Below the pieces are notes generated by a model that worked only from the letters and a program-made list of their open reading frames with translations, made no database searches and was not told the origin of the DNA. Positions 25,345-34,430 of a DNA stretch of 43,531 nt are shown in pieces; within the stretch, counting starts at the first letter, position 1; each line of letters begins with the position of its first letter. Position numbers and translations under genes: made by a program. Source of the stretch: a virus (Duplodnaviria > Caudoviricetes); the IMG/VR virus record IMGVR_UViG_3300048861_000070, positions 1-43,531 of that record; one strand, 5' to 3'.

Positions 25345-25629
25345 GTGCTGAACATGCAACCAGCGGTAAGCGGGTCCACTGTCGTCAATACAATCCTGGT
25401 CGCATACAACGAGCAAGGCTGGCGCATCGGCGAGACCCACCACCGCTCAAGAATCTCGGATGCAGTTGTCGAGAAGATTCGCGACCTCCGCGAGTACCGC
25501 TTCTGGACCCACAGAGAGATTGCCGATCATTTCAACATCAGCATCAACACCGTGAAAAAGATCTGCTGCTATGAGATCCGGATTCAGCGCGCCGAGCGAT
25601 GGAAACGTGTCCAGGTAGCGGGTACATAA
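25345..25629 (+). CDS. HTH DNA-binding protein; candidate late activator
   Basis: IGETHHRSRISDAVVEKIRDLR...THREIADHFNISINTVKKIC; immediately upstream of terS. Confidence 0.7.
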   Translation: MLNMQPAVSGSTVVNTILVAYNEQGWRIGETHHRSRISDAVVEKIRDLREYRFWTHREIADHFNISINTVKKICCYEIRIQRAERWKRVQVAGT

Positions 25630-25652
25630 CTTTATCGGCGGAATGCTACCCT
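25620..25652 (+). promoter_or_regulatory. Putative late promoter variant (GGGTACATAAC-N16-TACCCT)
   Basis: Same CATAAC core and spacing as the other copies; upstream of terS. Confidence 0.55.
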
Positions 25653-25679
25653 CATGCCGGTACCAAAGTGGGAAACAGA

Positions 25680-26153
25680 ATGCCAAAGGCGCCCAAGAAG
25701 CACGCAGGTGGAAGGCCGTCGATCCCGTTCGATCAGGACGTCGCGGACGCCATCTGTGACATGCTCGCAGAAACCGATCTCGGACTCGCATCCATCCTCA
25801 TCGAGGTTCGAAAGCAACTCCCGCAAACACCGGGCGTAACGACGATTTACAAGTGGATGTCCCAGAACGAAGAGTTTGCGGCGAGTTCCGTGCGCGCGCG
25901 CGAGTTGCAAGCAGATACCATCATGGATCAGGCGATCGCAGAAGCGAAGAATGCTCGCGTGGGCCAGATCGTGACAGAAAAGCCAGATGGCACGGAAGTA
26001 AAGACCGCGGACAACGTTGCGCGCTCACAACTGATCGTCCAGACCTACTTCAAGCGCGCCGGCCAGCTGGCTCCGAAGAAGTACGGGGAGAAGATCTCGC
26101 ATGAGGTCACCGGCAAAGTGACGCTCGAAACTCTTCTGACGGCCAATGACTGA
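25680..26153 (+). CDS. terS: Terminase small subunit (Sf6-type)
   Basis: GGRPS...ADAICDMLA...TIYKW...ARELQAD...LAPKKYGEK; overlaps terL. Confidence 0.9.
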   Translation: MPKAPKKHAGGRPSIPFDQDVADAICDMLAETDLGLASILIEVRKQLPQTPGVTTIYKWMSQNEEFAASSVRARELQADTIMDQAIAEAKNARVGQIVTEKPDGTEVKTADNVARSQLIVQTYFKRAGQLAPKKYGEKISHEVTGKVTLETLLTAND

Positions 26154-27600
26154 GTCTCAGAGACAAGCATCGACAAGGCTCCGCGAGTGGAGAATCGACC
26201 CGATCAAGTTCGTGCGCGAGGTGTTCAAGGTAGAGCCTGACGCATGGCAACTTGATGTCCTGGCGATGGCAGGCAAGTCTGGACGTAAGCGCATTGCGAT
26301 GAAGGCCTGCGCCGGTCCTGGCAAGACTGCTGTGCTGGCGTGGCTGGGTTGGCACAGATTGACGTGCTTCGCCGGCAAGAATGAGCATCCAAAGGGCGCC
26401 GCGGTCTCGATCACCAGCGACAACTTGAAAGACAATCTGTGGGCGGAACTGGCCAAGTGGCAGAACAACTCCTCGTTCCTCTTGCATGCGTTCCAGTGGC
26501 AGAAGGAGCGCATCTTCGCGAAGGATCATCCTGAGACCTGGTTCTTGAGCGCAAAGGGCTGGTCAAAGACTTCGGACTCGGATGCGATCGGGCGCACGCT
26601 TTCGGGTATGCATTCGGTGTTCCCGTTCTATCTCATTGACGAATCAGGCGACATTCCACCAAACATGGTGCGCAGCGCAGAGCAAGGCCTGACCTCGTGT
26701 GAAGACGGTTTGATCGTCACAGCAGGGAATACAACCTCACAGGCTGGGCTGCTGTACGAGGTATGCACTCGTGGCCGCGAACAGTGGGACGTAGTGAGCA
26801 TCACGGCAGATCCAGACGATCCCAAGCGCACACCGCGAGTCGATATAAAGTGGGCTGCGGAACAGATCGCGCTCTATGGACGAGATAACCCTTGGGTGAT
26901 GGCCTTCATCCTCGGCCTGTTTCCGCCTGGGTCCATCAATGCTCTGTTGAGTGTGGAGGAAGTAGAGCGAGCGATGAACCTTCACCCGCGTCCTGAAGCC
27001 TATGAGTGGGCGCAGAAGCGTCTAGGAATCGATGTGGCTCGCTTCGGAGACGATCGCACGGTCATCTTCCCGCGGCAGGGAATCGTTGCCTTTACCCCGC
27101 GAGAGATGCGCCACGTTCGCGACTCGGCCGCAACGGTGGACATTGCCAATGCCACAATCTACAAGAAGAACGAGTGGGGCTCGGAGATGGAGTTCTTCGA
27201 CGACACGTTCCAATGGGCTACAGGAGCGATCGACCACATGAGAGCAGCCGGTCACAGCCCGATCGCAGTCTCCTTCGACCGCCCCTCAGCCAATCCCAAG
27301 TACGTCAATATGCGGGCGCAATGCTGGATGGAGATGTCGGAGTGGATCAAGCGCGGAGGAAGCTTGCCCAACGTGCCGGGATTGGTCCAGGAGTTGACAG
27401 CACCGACCTATGGATTTCGCTCGGGAGCTTTCCTGCTCGAGCCAAAGGATGCGATCAAGAAGCGACTGGGCAAGTCACCAGACCTCGCCGATGCGCTTGC
27501 GTTGACCTTCGCTCTGCCTGACATGCCAGCGCAGGTGAACAGCCTCATCCCGCGGAGCAGGCCGAAGTCCTTCGAATACGATCCTCTGGCGAATATGTAG
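26146..27600 (+). CDS. terL: Terminase large subunit
   Basis: Walker A ACAGPGKT, Walker B YLIDES, GNT motif, nuclease GIDVARFGDD, and SPDLADALALTF. Confidence 0.96.
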   Translation: MTESQRQASTRLREWRIDPIKFVREVFKVEPDAWQLDVLAMAGKSGRKRIAMKACAGPGKTAVLAWLGWHRLTCFAGKNEHPKGAAVSITSDNLKDNLWAELAKWQNNSSFLLHAFQWQKERIFAKDHPETWFLSAKGWSKTSDSDAIGRTLSGMHSVFPFYLIDESGDIPPNMVRSAEQGLTSCEDGLIVTAGNTTSQAGLLYEVCTRGREQWDVVSITADPDDPKRTPRVDIKWAAEQIALYGRDNPWVMAFILGLFPPGSINALLSVEEVERAMNLHPRPEAYEWAQKRLGIDVARFGDDRTVIFPRQGIVAFTPREMRHVRDSAATVDIANATIYKKNEWGSEMEFFDDTFQWATGAIDHMRAAGHSPIAVSFDRPSANPKYVNMRAQCWMEMSEWIKRGGSLPNVPGLVQELTAPTYGFRSGAFLLEPKDAIKKRLGKSPDLADALALTFALPDMPAQVNSLIPRSRPKSFEYDPLANM

Positions 27601-27631
27601 ACCCATAACCTCGCTGCCTCACCTCTATCCT
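27598..27631 (+). promoter_or_regulatory. Putative late promoter (TAGACCCATAAC-N16-TATCCT)
   Basis: The GTG start at 27638 lies 7 nt after the -10, so the transcript is likely leaderless. Confidence 0.75.
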
Positions 27632-27637
27632 CGGGCA

Positions 27638-28093
27638 GTGCTTCGTGTGCTTCCAGTACGTGCCGGTGACCTCCTGACCGATCCAGGTGGGGATACTCTC
27701 TTTGCGGCCTACGCCGAAGAGTGCTCCATCCCTGCTATCGGCAAGCCCAACCCTCAGCCTGAGATCTACCAAATGATGGAGGAAGCTGGGCTGCTGAAGT
27801 GCTTCGGCCTGTACGACGGTCCGACTCTGGTTGGCTTCGCTTCAGTCCTGGTGACTGTGCTGCCTCACTATGGCAAGCAGGCGGCGACAGTGGAGAGCAT
27901 ATTCGTGTCTCGGGAATATCGCGACGGCATTGGAAGCGCCAAACTGCTCAACAATGTCGAAGCCTTCGCGGGTGCAACTGGTTGCGTGGTCATCCTGTAC
28001 ATCGCTCCGGTTGGGAGTGAGTTCGCGCAGTTCCTCGAAGGGCGTGATAAATACGAGCGGACCAACAGCGTATTTTGCCGGAGGCTGGCATGA
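27638..28093 (+). CDS. GNAT-family acetyltransferase
   Basis: LVGFA...VESIFVSREYRDGIGSAKLL acetyl-CoA-binding motif. Confidence 0.85.
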   Translation: MLRVLPVRAGDLLTDPGGDTLFAAYAEECSIPAIGKPNPQPEIYQMMEEAGLLKCFGLYDGPTLVGFASVLVTVLPHYGKQAATVESIFVSREYRDGIGSAKLLNNVEAFAGATGCVVILYIAPVGSEFAQFLEGRDKYERTNSVFCRRLA

Positions 28094-28548
28094 GCGATCT
28101 GGCCACCCGCTTTGCAGCCTTGCCACCTGCAACCACGCCTCAGCTTGCTGCGGTTCGATTTATTGAGGGAATCATCAGAGCGTGTGTTCAGTCCGACATC
28201 GCGACCGAGCATGTCATCCATGGCGGCATGTATGCGCGCACGGTACACATCAATCCCGGCATAGTGCTGACTGGAGCTTTGATCAACATCCCTACGCTGC
28301 TGATCTTCAGCGGGGACGCGGATGTGCTAGTCGGAGATAAGTGGGAACAGTTCAAAGGGTATGGTGTCATCCCGGCGAGCGCACACCGCAAACAGGCGTT
28401 CATAACCCGGAGCGAAGTCCATCTCACCATGATCTTCCCGACGCAGGCTAGGACAGTGGAAGAAGCCGAGGCAGAGTTTACGGATGATGCGCCTCTGTTG
28501 ATGTCTCGTCGAAGTCCCACAGACAGCCTTGTGATCACAGGAGAGTAG
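28090..28548 (+). CDS. Cupin-like phage protein
   Basis: HGGMYARTVHINPG.VLTGA...SG...RKQ pattern. Confidence 0.65.
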   Translation: MSDLATRFAALPPATTPQLAAVRFIEGIIRACVQSDIATEHVIHGGMYARTVHINPGIVLTGALINIPTLLIFSGDADVLVGDKWEQFKGYGVIPASAHRKQAFITRSEVHLTMIFPTQARTVEEAEAEFTDDAPLLMSRRSPTDSLVITGE

Positions 28549-28550
28549 CT

Positions 28551-28913
28551 ATGTCAGGCGTGCTTACAGCATCAACGATTGGGACGATTATCGCAGGCGT
28601 CGGAGCCGCCACAGGTATCGCTGGCACAGCTATCGCCGCTACCACTGGTGGAGCTCAGGTGGACGCTCAGAAGTCAGCGCTCAAGAAGCAGAACACGGCG
28701 CAGCAGACCGCGGAGGCTAACGCATTGTCGACCCAGCGCCAGGCGGAGCAGGCCCAGAACTCGCAGAACCAGCAGACGCCGGATGTGGCCTCTATCCTCC
28801 AGCGCGCGGCTACAGCAGGCAACGCCGGCGTAAGCGGAACCATGCTGACCGGTCCCGCAGGCGTCGACACAAGTTCTCTCAATCTCGGCAAACAGACTTT
28901 GCTCGGAAGCTAA
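28551..28913 (+). CDS. Small virion-associated protein (pre-portal)
   Basis: Ala/Gly/Gln-rich, ending GTMLTG..GV...LGKQTLLG; position before the portal as in T7 gp6.7/7.3-like genes. Confidence 0.6.
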   Translation: MSGVLTASTIGTIIAGVGAATGIAGTAIAATTGGAQVDAQKSALKKQNTAQQTAEANALSTQRQAEQAQNSQNQQTPDVASILQRAATAGNAGVSGTMLTGPAGVDTSSLNLGKQTLLGS

Positions 28914-28917
28914 ACCC

Positions 28918-30615
28918 ATGGATCTCGAACAGGTCACGAAAAAGCGGAATGAACTCCTCCAGCGATGGGGATCGCTCCAAACAGAGCGCTCGTCATGGTG
29001 GAGTCATTGGCAGGAACTCACGCAGTACATCCTGCCTCGCAATGGCCGCTACTTCGTCCAGGATCGAGACAAGGGCAACCGCAGGAACGGGAACATCTAC
29101 GACAACACCGCGACCAGGGCGCTGCGCACACTCGGCGCAGGCATGATGTCTGGAGCTACGAGCCCGGCGCGCCCATGGTTCCGTCTGGGTACGCCTGATC
29201 CTGATCTGAACGCCTATCAGCCGGTCAAGGTGTGGCTCGATGACGTATCGCAGCGTATCCATCGCGTTTATCAGAAGTCGAACACCTACCGCGCTCTGCA
29301 CCAGATCTATGAGGAGCTTGGAGCATTCGGAACCGCGGCCTCGATCATCCTGCCAGACTTCGATAACGTGATCCACCAGTACTCGCTCACTTGCGGAGAA
29401 TACTGCATCGCCACCGATTGGCAGGGGAACGTCTGCACGATCTACCGCAAGTTTCAGAAGCAAGTCTCCGAGATCGTCAAAGAGTTCGGTTATGCGAACT
29501 GCTCCCAGACGGTTCAGTCGAACTACAACTCCGGCAATCTGGATGCCTGGATCACGATCCTGCATGCGATCGAGCCGCGCGCTGACCGCGATCCTTCGAA
29601 AAAGGACGCCAAGAACATGGCTTGGGCGAGCTACTACATGGAGATGAGTGGCGAGCCGAAGTTCCTCCGTGAGTCTGGGTTCAAGCGTTTCCCGGGTGTG
29701 GCTCCGCGTTGGGCTGTGGCCGGTGGCGATATCTACGGCAACTCGCCGGGCATGGAAGCTCTCGGAGATATCAAGAGCCTCCAGCATCTGCAGCTGCGCA
29801 AGGCGAACGCCATCGACTACCAAAGCAATCCTCCCATTGCCGTGCCGTCCAGCATGAAGAATCAGGATCTCAATCGCCTGCCTGGTGGCGTGAGCTACTA
29901 CGGGGACGGTACCAATCCCCAACCCATCAAGAACCTGTTCGATGTTCCGCTCAGGCTCGACTACGTTCTTCAGGACATTCAGGACACGCGCCAGCGCATC
30001 AACTCTACGTTCTTCTCCGACCTATTTCTGATGCTCGCGAACTCTACGGAAGGCAACATGACGGCGACCGAAGTCGCCATGCGGCAGGAAGAGAAGATGC
30101 TGATGCTGGGTCCGGTTCTCGAACGCCTGGACAACGAGTTGCTTTATCCTCTGGTGGATTCGACCTTCAACTACATGGTGGAGGCCGGCGCTATCCCTCC
30201 ACCTCCCGAAGAGATGCAGGGGATGGAATTGAGCGTCGAGATGATCTCGATGCTGGCCCAGGCCCAGCGTGCTATTGGCGTGAACGGTATCGATCGATTC
30301 GTAGGCAACCTCGGCGCCGTCGCAGGATTCAAGCCGGACGTGCTCGACAAGTTTGATTCAGATGCATGGGCTGATGCCTACAGCGATAGTCTCGGCGTCG
30401 ACCCGCGGCTGATCGTGGCCAGCGACAAGGTTGCAATCATCCGGCAGAAGCGAGCAGAGGCGCAAGCGGCTGCGCAGCAGGCCCAGATGTCCGAGGTGAT
30501 GTCGAAGACGGCCAGGAACCTCGGTGCTACACCTACCGGGGGGTCGAGCAACGCAGCACAGGACTTGATGAACCAGTTCAGTGGTTACGGCGAATCGCCT
30601 CAGGAGGTTGGATAA
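28918..30615 (+). CDS. Portal (head-tail connector, T7 gp8/BPP-1 type)
   Basis: IYDNTA, SPARPWFRL, YGNSPGMEALGD and MTATEVAMRQEEKMLMLGPVLERL. Confidence 0.96.
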   Translation: MDLEQVTKKRNELLQRWGSLQTERSSWWSHWQELTQYILPRNGRYFVQDRDKGNRRNGNIYDNTATRALRTLGAGMMSGATSPARPWFRLGTPDPDLNAYQPVKVWLDDVSQRIHRVYQKSNTYRALHQIYEELGAFGTAASIILPDFDNVIHQYSLTCGEYCIATDWQGNVCTIYRKFQKQVSEIVKEFGYANCSQTVQSNYNSGNLDAWITILHAIEPRADRDPSKKDAKNMAWASYYMEMSGEPKFLRESGFKRFPGVAPRWAVAGGDIYGNSPGMEALGDIKSLQHLQLRKANAIDYQSNPPIAVPSSMKNQDLNRLPGGVSYYGDGTNPQPIKNLFDVPLRLDYVLQDIQDTRQRINSTFFSDLFLMLANSTEGNMTATEVAMRQEEKMLMLGPVLERLDNELLYPLVDSTFNYMVEAGAIPPPPEEMQGMELSVEMISMLAQAQRAIGVNGIDRFVGNLGAVAGFKPDVLDKFDSDAWADAYSDSLGVDPRLIVASDKVAIIRQKRAEAQAAAQQAQMSEVMSKTARNLGATPTGGSSNAAQDLMNQFSGYGESPQEVG

Positions 30616-30941
30616 TGGCAACTCTCATCAGCATGGAACTCTCGGCGGCAGAGGCGAAGCAGGAAACGATGCCTACCGAATCGGAAGCGCCTAAATACCC
30701 TTGGGGGCTATGCATCACTCTCGACGACGATGCGCTCAAAAAGCTGGGCATCGATAAGCTTCCCGACATCGGGAGCAAGATGCGCATTGTGGCTGTTGCG
30801 GATGTGTCCGCTGTGCGCTCCTACGCCGAGCAGGGTGGCGAGGCTGACACCAGTGTGGACCTCCAGATCACTGAGATGGCCATCGACGCTGCTGCCGATG
30901 ACACGATGCAACGCGCTGCCGGCGCACTCTACGGAAAATAG
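30615..30941 (+). CDS. Conserved head-associated protein
   Basis: YPWGLCITLDDDALKKLG...LQITEM; follows the portal. Confidence 0.7.
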   Translation: MATLISMELSAAEAKQETMPTESEAPKYPWGLCITLDDDALKKLGIDKLPDIGSKMRIVAVADVSAVRSYAEQGGEADTSVDLQITEMAIDAAADDTMQRAAGALYGK

Positions 30942-30972
30942 ACCCATAACTTTGTATTCATCACGTTAGATT
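30939..30972 (+). promoter_or_regulatory. Putative late promoter (TAGACCCATAAC-N16-TAGATT)
   Basis: The GTG start at 30979 lies 7 nt after the -10, so the transcript is likely leaderless. Confidence 0.75.
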
Positions 30973-30978
30973 GCCATT

Positions 30979-31320
30979 GTGAACCACTTCGATCCTATCG
31001 ACCTAAAGGGGCAAGAGGACTTCAAGGCAGAGCAAGCAGCCAAGAAGCGAATCGCTCAGGAGGCCGAAGATCAGGACTTGAAATGGCTCATGGCAGGGAA
31101 GCGTGGGCGCCGCATTGTGTGGCGCTTGCTGTCCGAAGCAGGAGTATTCCGTAGCTCGTTCAATGCGAACGCCATGACTATGGCCTTCAACGAGGGACAT
31201 AGGAACTACGGAACGCGATTGCTCGCAGCGATCATGGCTATCTGTCCTGAGTTGTTTCACGTAATGCAGAGTGAGGCTTTGAATGGCAGAAACGACGGAA
31301 ACGGCAACCAATCCAACTGA
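30979..31320 (+). CDS. Bbp19-like protein
   Basis: DLKWLM...GRRIVWRLL...AFNEGHRNYG. Confidence 0.8.
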   Translation: MNHFDPIDLKGQEDFKAEQAAKKRIAQEAEDQDLKWLMAGKRGRRIVWRLLSEAGVFRSSFNANAMTMAFNEGHRNYGTRLLAAIMAICPELFHVMQSEALNGRNDGNGNQSN

Positions 31321-31936
31321 CGCCAACACTTCGTCCGAAGCGTCTACGCCAAACACGACACCGGTCGCGGACGGCGCAGGCACCGACAAAACAGCAGGCG
31401 AACAGCCGGGTACTCAGACACCACCTGAGGGCGACAAGCCAGCAGAGAAGACAGCGGAGAGCAAGCCGGAAGGCGCGCCTGAGTCTTACGACTTCAAGGC
31501 ACCTGAGGGCACAACGTACGACAACGTACTGCTCGACAACTTCTCCAATGCTGCGAAAGACGCCAACCTGACGCAGGACGCCGCGCAGAAGTTACTGGAC
31601 AAGCTTGCTCCTTCCGTGGCCGCGCGCCAGGCGGAGCAGATCGAAGCGCTGAAGACGCAATGGGCCGACGAGACGAAGGCCGACAAGGAAATCGGCGGCG
31701 AAAAGCTGCAGGAGAACCTTGCCGTTGCGAAGAAGGCGATGGATACCTTTGCGACTCCAGAACTGCGCAAGCTGTTTGACGACACCGGTCTCGGCAACAA
31801 CATCGGAGTGATCCGGTTCCTTGTCAAGGCTGGAAAGGCTATCAGCGAGGATACGTTCGTTTCTGGAGCTCCGAACAATAAGTCCGGAGTGAATGCGGCG
31901 GCTGTCCTGTACGACAACACGACGAAAAAGGAGTAG
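31283..31936 (+). CDS. Capsid scaffolding protein
   Basis: Acidic, Pro-rich N-terminus; APESYDF, LTQDAAQKL and GKAISED; directly before the capsid gene. Confidence 0.85.
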   Translation: MAETTETATNPTDANTSSEASTPNTTPVADGAGTDKTAGEQPGTQTPPEGDKPAEKTAESKPEGAPESYDFKAPEGTTYDNVLLDNFSNAAKDANLTQDAAQKLLDKLAPSVAARQAEQIEALKTQWADETKADKEIGGEKLQENLAVAKKAMDTFATPELRKLFDDTGLGNNIGVIRFLVKAGKAISEDTFVSGAPNNKSGVNAAAVLYDNTTKKE

Positions 31937-31943
31937 TTGACCG

Positions 31944-33014
31944 ATGGCGAATCTACCGGTTGTACCAGGGCATGCGACCCTAATTGATATTGCAAAGTCC
32001 TTGGACCCGCAGGGGAAGGTGGCCGTAGTCGCCGAACTCCTGAACCAGTCCAACGAGCTCATCCAGTACGCCAACTTTATCGAAGGCAACCTGCCGACCG
32101 GCCACAAGGCTGTGGTTCGCGCTGGCCTGCCGACCGTGACCCTGCGCCGGTTCTATCAGGGCGTTGCACCGTCCAAGTCTGGGCGCGCAACCATCGAGGA
32201 CGTCTGCGCGATGCAGGAAGGCCGCAACGAGATCGACAAGGATCTGTGCGAGCTCAATGGCAATACCGCAGCCTTCCGCATGAGTGAGGCTCTGGCCTTC
32301 ATCGAAGCGATGAACCAGACCTTTGCGCAGCAGTTCATGTACGGAGATACCACCACCAACAAGGACGGTATCCTCGGCCTGACGCCGCGGTACAACTCGC
32401 TGTCTGCCTCCAATCCGAGCAGCCAGAACATCATTGACGCTGGCGGCGCAAGCACGGACAACACCTCCGTCTGGCTCGTGGTCTGGGGCGCTGAGACTGT
32501 GACGGGTATTTATCCGAAGGGATCGAAGGCCGGACTCACGCAGGAGGATCTGGGCGTCATCGATGCCTTCGACTCCAGCAACAACCGCTATCGCGCATAT
32601 GCCGAGATGTGGCAGTGGAAGTACGGCCTCCACGTCAAAGATTGGCGCTATGCCGTTCGCATCGCCAATGTTGATGTGAGCGACCTCACCGCGCAGACCG
32701 GCACGCAGGCGATCACCGCAGCAACCTGGATCAACAAGCTGATGATCAAGGCTCTGGCTCGCATCCCTTCCATGGGTATGGGAACGCCAACCTTCCTCGC
32801 CAGCCGCACGGTCAAGGAGATGCTGTCCATCGGCGCTCTGGACAAGAGCCAGAACGCGCTCTCGTTCACGCAGTCGCTTGACCAGTACGGTCGGGTTACT
32901 GCCGGAAGCGTGGCGGGCAATGGCACCGGCATCAAGGGTGGCCAACTGATCTTCCAGGGCGTTCCTGTCCTGACCGTCGATCAGATCCTTGCAACCGAAG
33001 CGCGCGTGGTCTAA
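31944..33014 (+). CDS. Major capsid protein
   Basis: ELLNQSNE, EGNLPTGH, TSVWLVVWG, GLHVKDWRYAVRIANVD and FQGVP...DQILATEARVV. Confidence 0.93.
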   Translation: MANLPVVPGHATLIDIAKSLDPQGKVAVVAELLNQSNELIQYANFIEGNLPTGHKAVVRAGLPTVTLRRFYQGVAPSKSGRATIEDVCAMQEGRNEIDKDLCELNGNTAAFRMSEALAFIEAMNQTFAQQFMYGDTTTNKDGILGLTPRYNSLSASNPSSQNIIDAGGASTDNTSVWLVVWGAETVTGIYPKGSKAGLTQEDLGVIDAFDSSNNRYRAYAEMWQWKYGLHVKDWRYAVRIANVDVSDLTAQTGTQAITAATWINKLMIKALARIPSMGMGTPTFLASRTVKEMLSIGALDKSQNALSFTQSLDQYGRVTAGSVAGNGTGIKGGQLIFQGVPVLTVDQILATEARVV

Positions 33015-33041
33015 GCGACCGCAGAAAGAGAGGAAACGAAC

Positions 33042-33494
33042 ATGGGAATGCTTGATAACGAAATCATCTTCTCTTCGGCGCAGGCGGTCACTGCCACCGG
33101 AGACACGGCCTCCACCAACGTCTATGACTGCGGCGGGGCAAACGGTCAGGGCGACAACGGCCAGACAGGTGAAAACCTGTGGGTCAACGTCACCGTGAAC
33201 ACCGCAGCAGCTTCGGGCGGTGCGGCAACGATCCAGGCTGTTCTGCAGGACTCCGCAGACAACTCGACCTTTGCCGATGTGGCCTCCGGTCCGGTCACTG
33301 CTGTGGCGAACGGAACGGCGGGCGCGGTCATCTTTCAGCTGCAGCCGCCTCCGGGAATGCGTCGTTACTGGCGCATCGCCTACCGCATCGGAACCGCTGT
33401 TCTGACTGCCGGCAAGTTCGACGCCTACGTCAGCAACACCATCCAGAGAAACATTGCTCGCAACTCGGGCTTCACCTTCCCGGCAGGAGCGTAA
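33042..33494 (+). CDS. Bbp16-like capsid cement/decoration protein
   Basis: LDNEIIFSSAQAVTA...STNVYD...LQDSADNSTF...RRYWRIAY...AGKFDA. Confidence 0.8.
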   Translation: MGMLDNEIIFSSAQAVTATGDTASTNVYDCGGANGQGDNGQTGENLWVNVTVNTAAASGGAATIQAVLQDSADNSTFADVASGPVTAVANGTAGAVIFQLQPPPGMRRYWRIAYRIGTAVLTAGKFDAYVSNTIQRNIARNSGFTFPAGA

Positions 33495-33497
33495 CCC

Positions 33498-33680
33498 ATG
33501 GCACAGGTAAAAGCCAAAACCGCCGTCTACCTTGGGAATCATGGCTATCGCTCAGAGGGCGAAGTCTTCGATTACGAGGGGCCGGAGCATAAGCACCTCG
33601 AACCCGTAAAAGACGACAAGGGAGAGGCCGAGTCTGAAGACACCCACAACAAGGGTGAACGGAAGACAAAGAAAGGCTAG
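33498..33680 (+). CDS. Small post-capsid protein, 60 aa
   Basis: RBS AGGAG; R.EGEVFDY motif. Confidence 0.7.
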   Translation: MAQVKAKTAVYLGNHGYRSEGEVFDYEGPEHKHLEPVKDDKGEAESEDTHNKGERKTKKG

Positions 33681-33698
33681 CGAAAGCGGAGCCGGACG

Positions 33699-33732
33699 AG
33701 GGCCGATGGCTACATTGCGTCGGCCCTTTTCT
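33699..33732 (+). terminator. Intrinsic terminator after the capsid genes
   Basis: AGGGCCGATG...CGTCGGCCCT followed by TTTCT. Confidence 0.75.
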
Positions 33733-33749
33733 TATTACAGAGGTGATAC

Positions 33750-34430
33750 GTGGCGTCTTCCGTTGACATTTGCAACTTGGCTCTGAGCTACCTCGGCGAC
33801 ACCGCAACTGTCTCCAGCATCAATCCGCCCGATGGCTCGGCGCAGGCCCAGCACTGCGCTCGTTTCTATCCTCTCGCGCGAACCTCAGCCCTGGAACTTG
33901 CGTCGTGGGACTTCGCCACCACCAGAGCCTATCTCGCTCGCGTCGATAACGCCTGGTCGATGTGGCGCTTTGCCTATGCCATACCCAGCAACGCGCTCAG
34001 TATTCTGGCCGTCCTTCCGAAAGAGGCTCTTGACGACTACTCGGAGCGTGCATGTGCACCGGTCTATCAGCCCTGGCCTCAGGGATACGCGCCTCCTCCG
34101 GTCGATTCCATCTACACGCCTCAGCCATATTCGATTGAGATTGCGGCGAACGGACAGCAGATTATTCTGACCAACGTCTGCGATGCGGTTGGTCGCTACA
34201 CGTTCGATGTATCTGACACGACTAAATTCTCGGGCCTGTTCACCGAAGCCCTGGCATACAAGCTGGCTTCGATGCTGGCTGGCCCCATCCTGAAGGGAGA
34301 TGCGGGCGCAACCGAAGGGAAGCGATGTCTCGGGATGTTCCAGATGCTTCTGGCGCAGGCTGAGACCTCCGACGCGAACCAGAGGCTTATCAAGCCACAG
34401 GTTGCCACTCCCTGGATCGTGGGACGCTGA
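33750..34430 (+). CDS. Tail tubular protein A/adaptor (T7 gp11-like)
   Basis: SVDICNLALSYLG...WDFA...FTEALAYKLA. Confidence 0.88.
   Translation: MASSVDICNLALSYLGDTATVSSINPPDGSAQAQHCARFYPLARTSALELASWDFATTRAYLARVDNAWSMWRFAYAIPSNALSILAVLPKEALDDYSERACAPVYQPWPQGYAPPPVDSIYTPQPYSIEIAANGQQIILTNVCDAVGRYTFDVSDTTKFSGLFTEALAYKLASMLAGPILKGDAGATEGKRCLGMFQMLLAQAETSDANQRLIKPQVATPWIVGR

Noticed and set aside
31944-33494. T7-like capsid frameshift or readthrough extension
   Set aside because: No slippery sequence near the TAA, and the next gene has its own RBS.
31980-33542. 520-aa minus-strand ORF, and similar ones at 28993-29922, 34841-35896 and 39449-40960
   Set aside because: These are antisense shadows of GC-biased structural genes, with no motifs or RBS.
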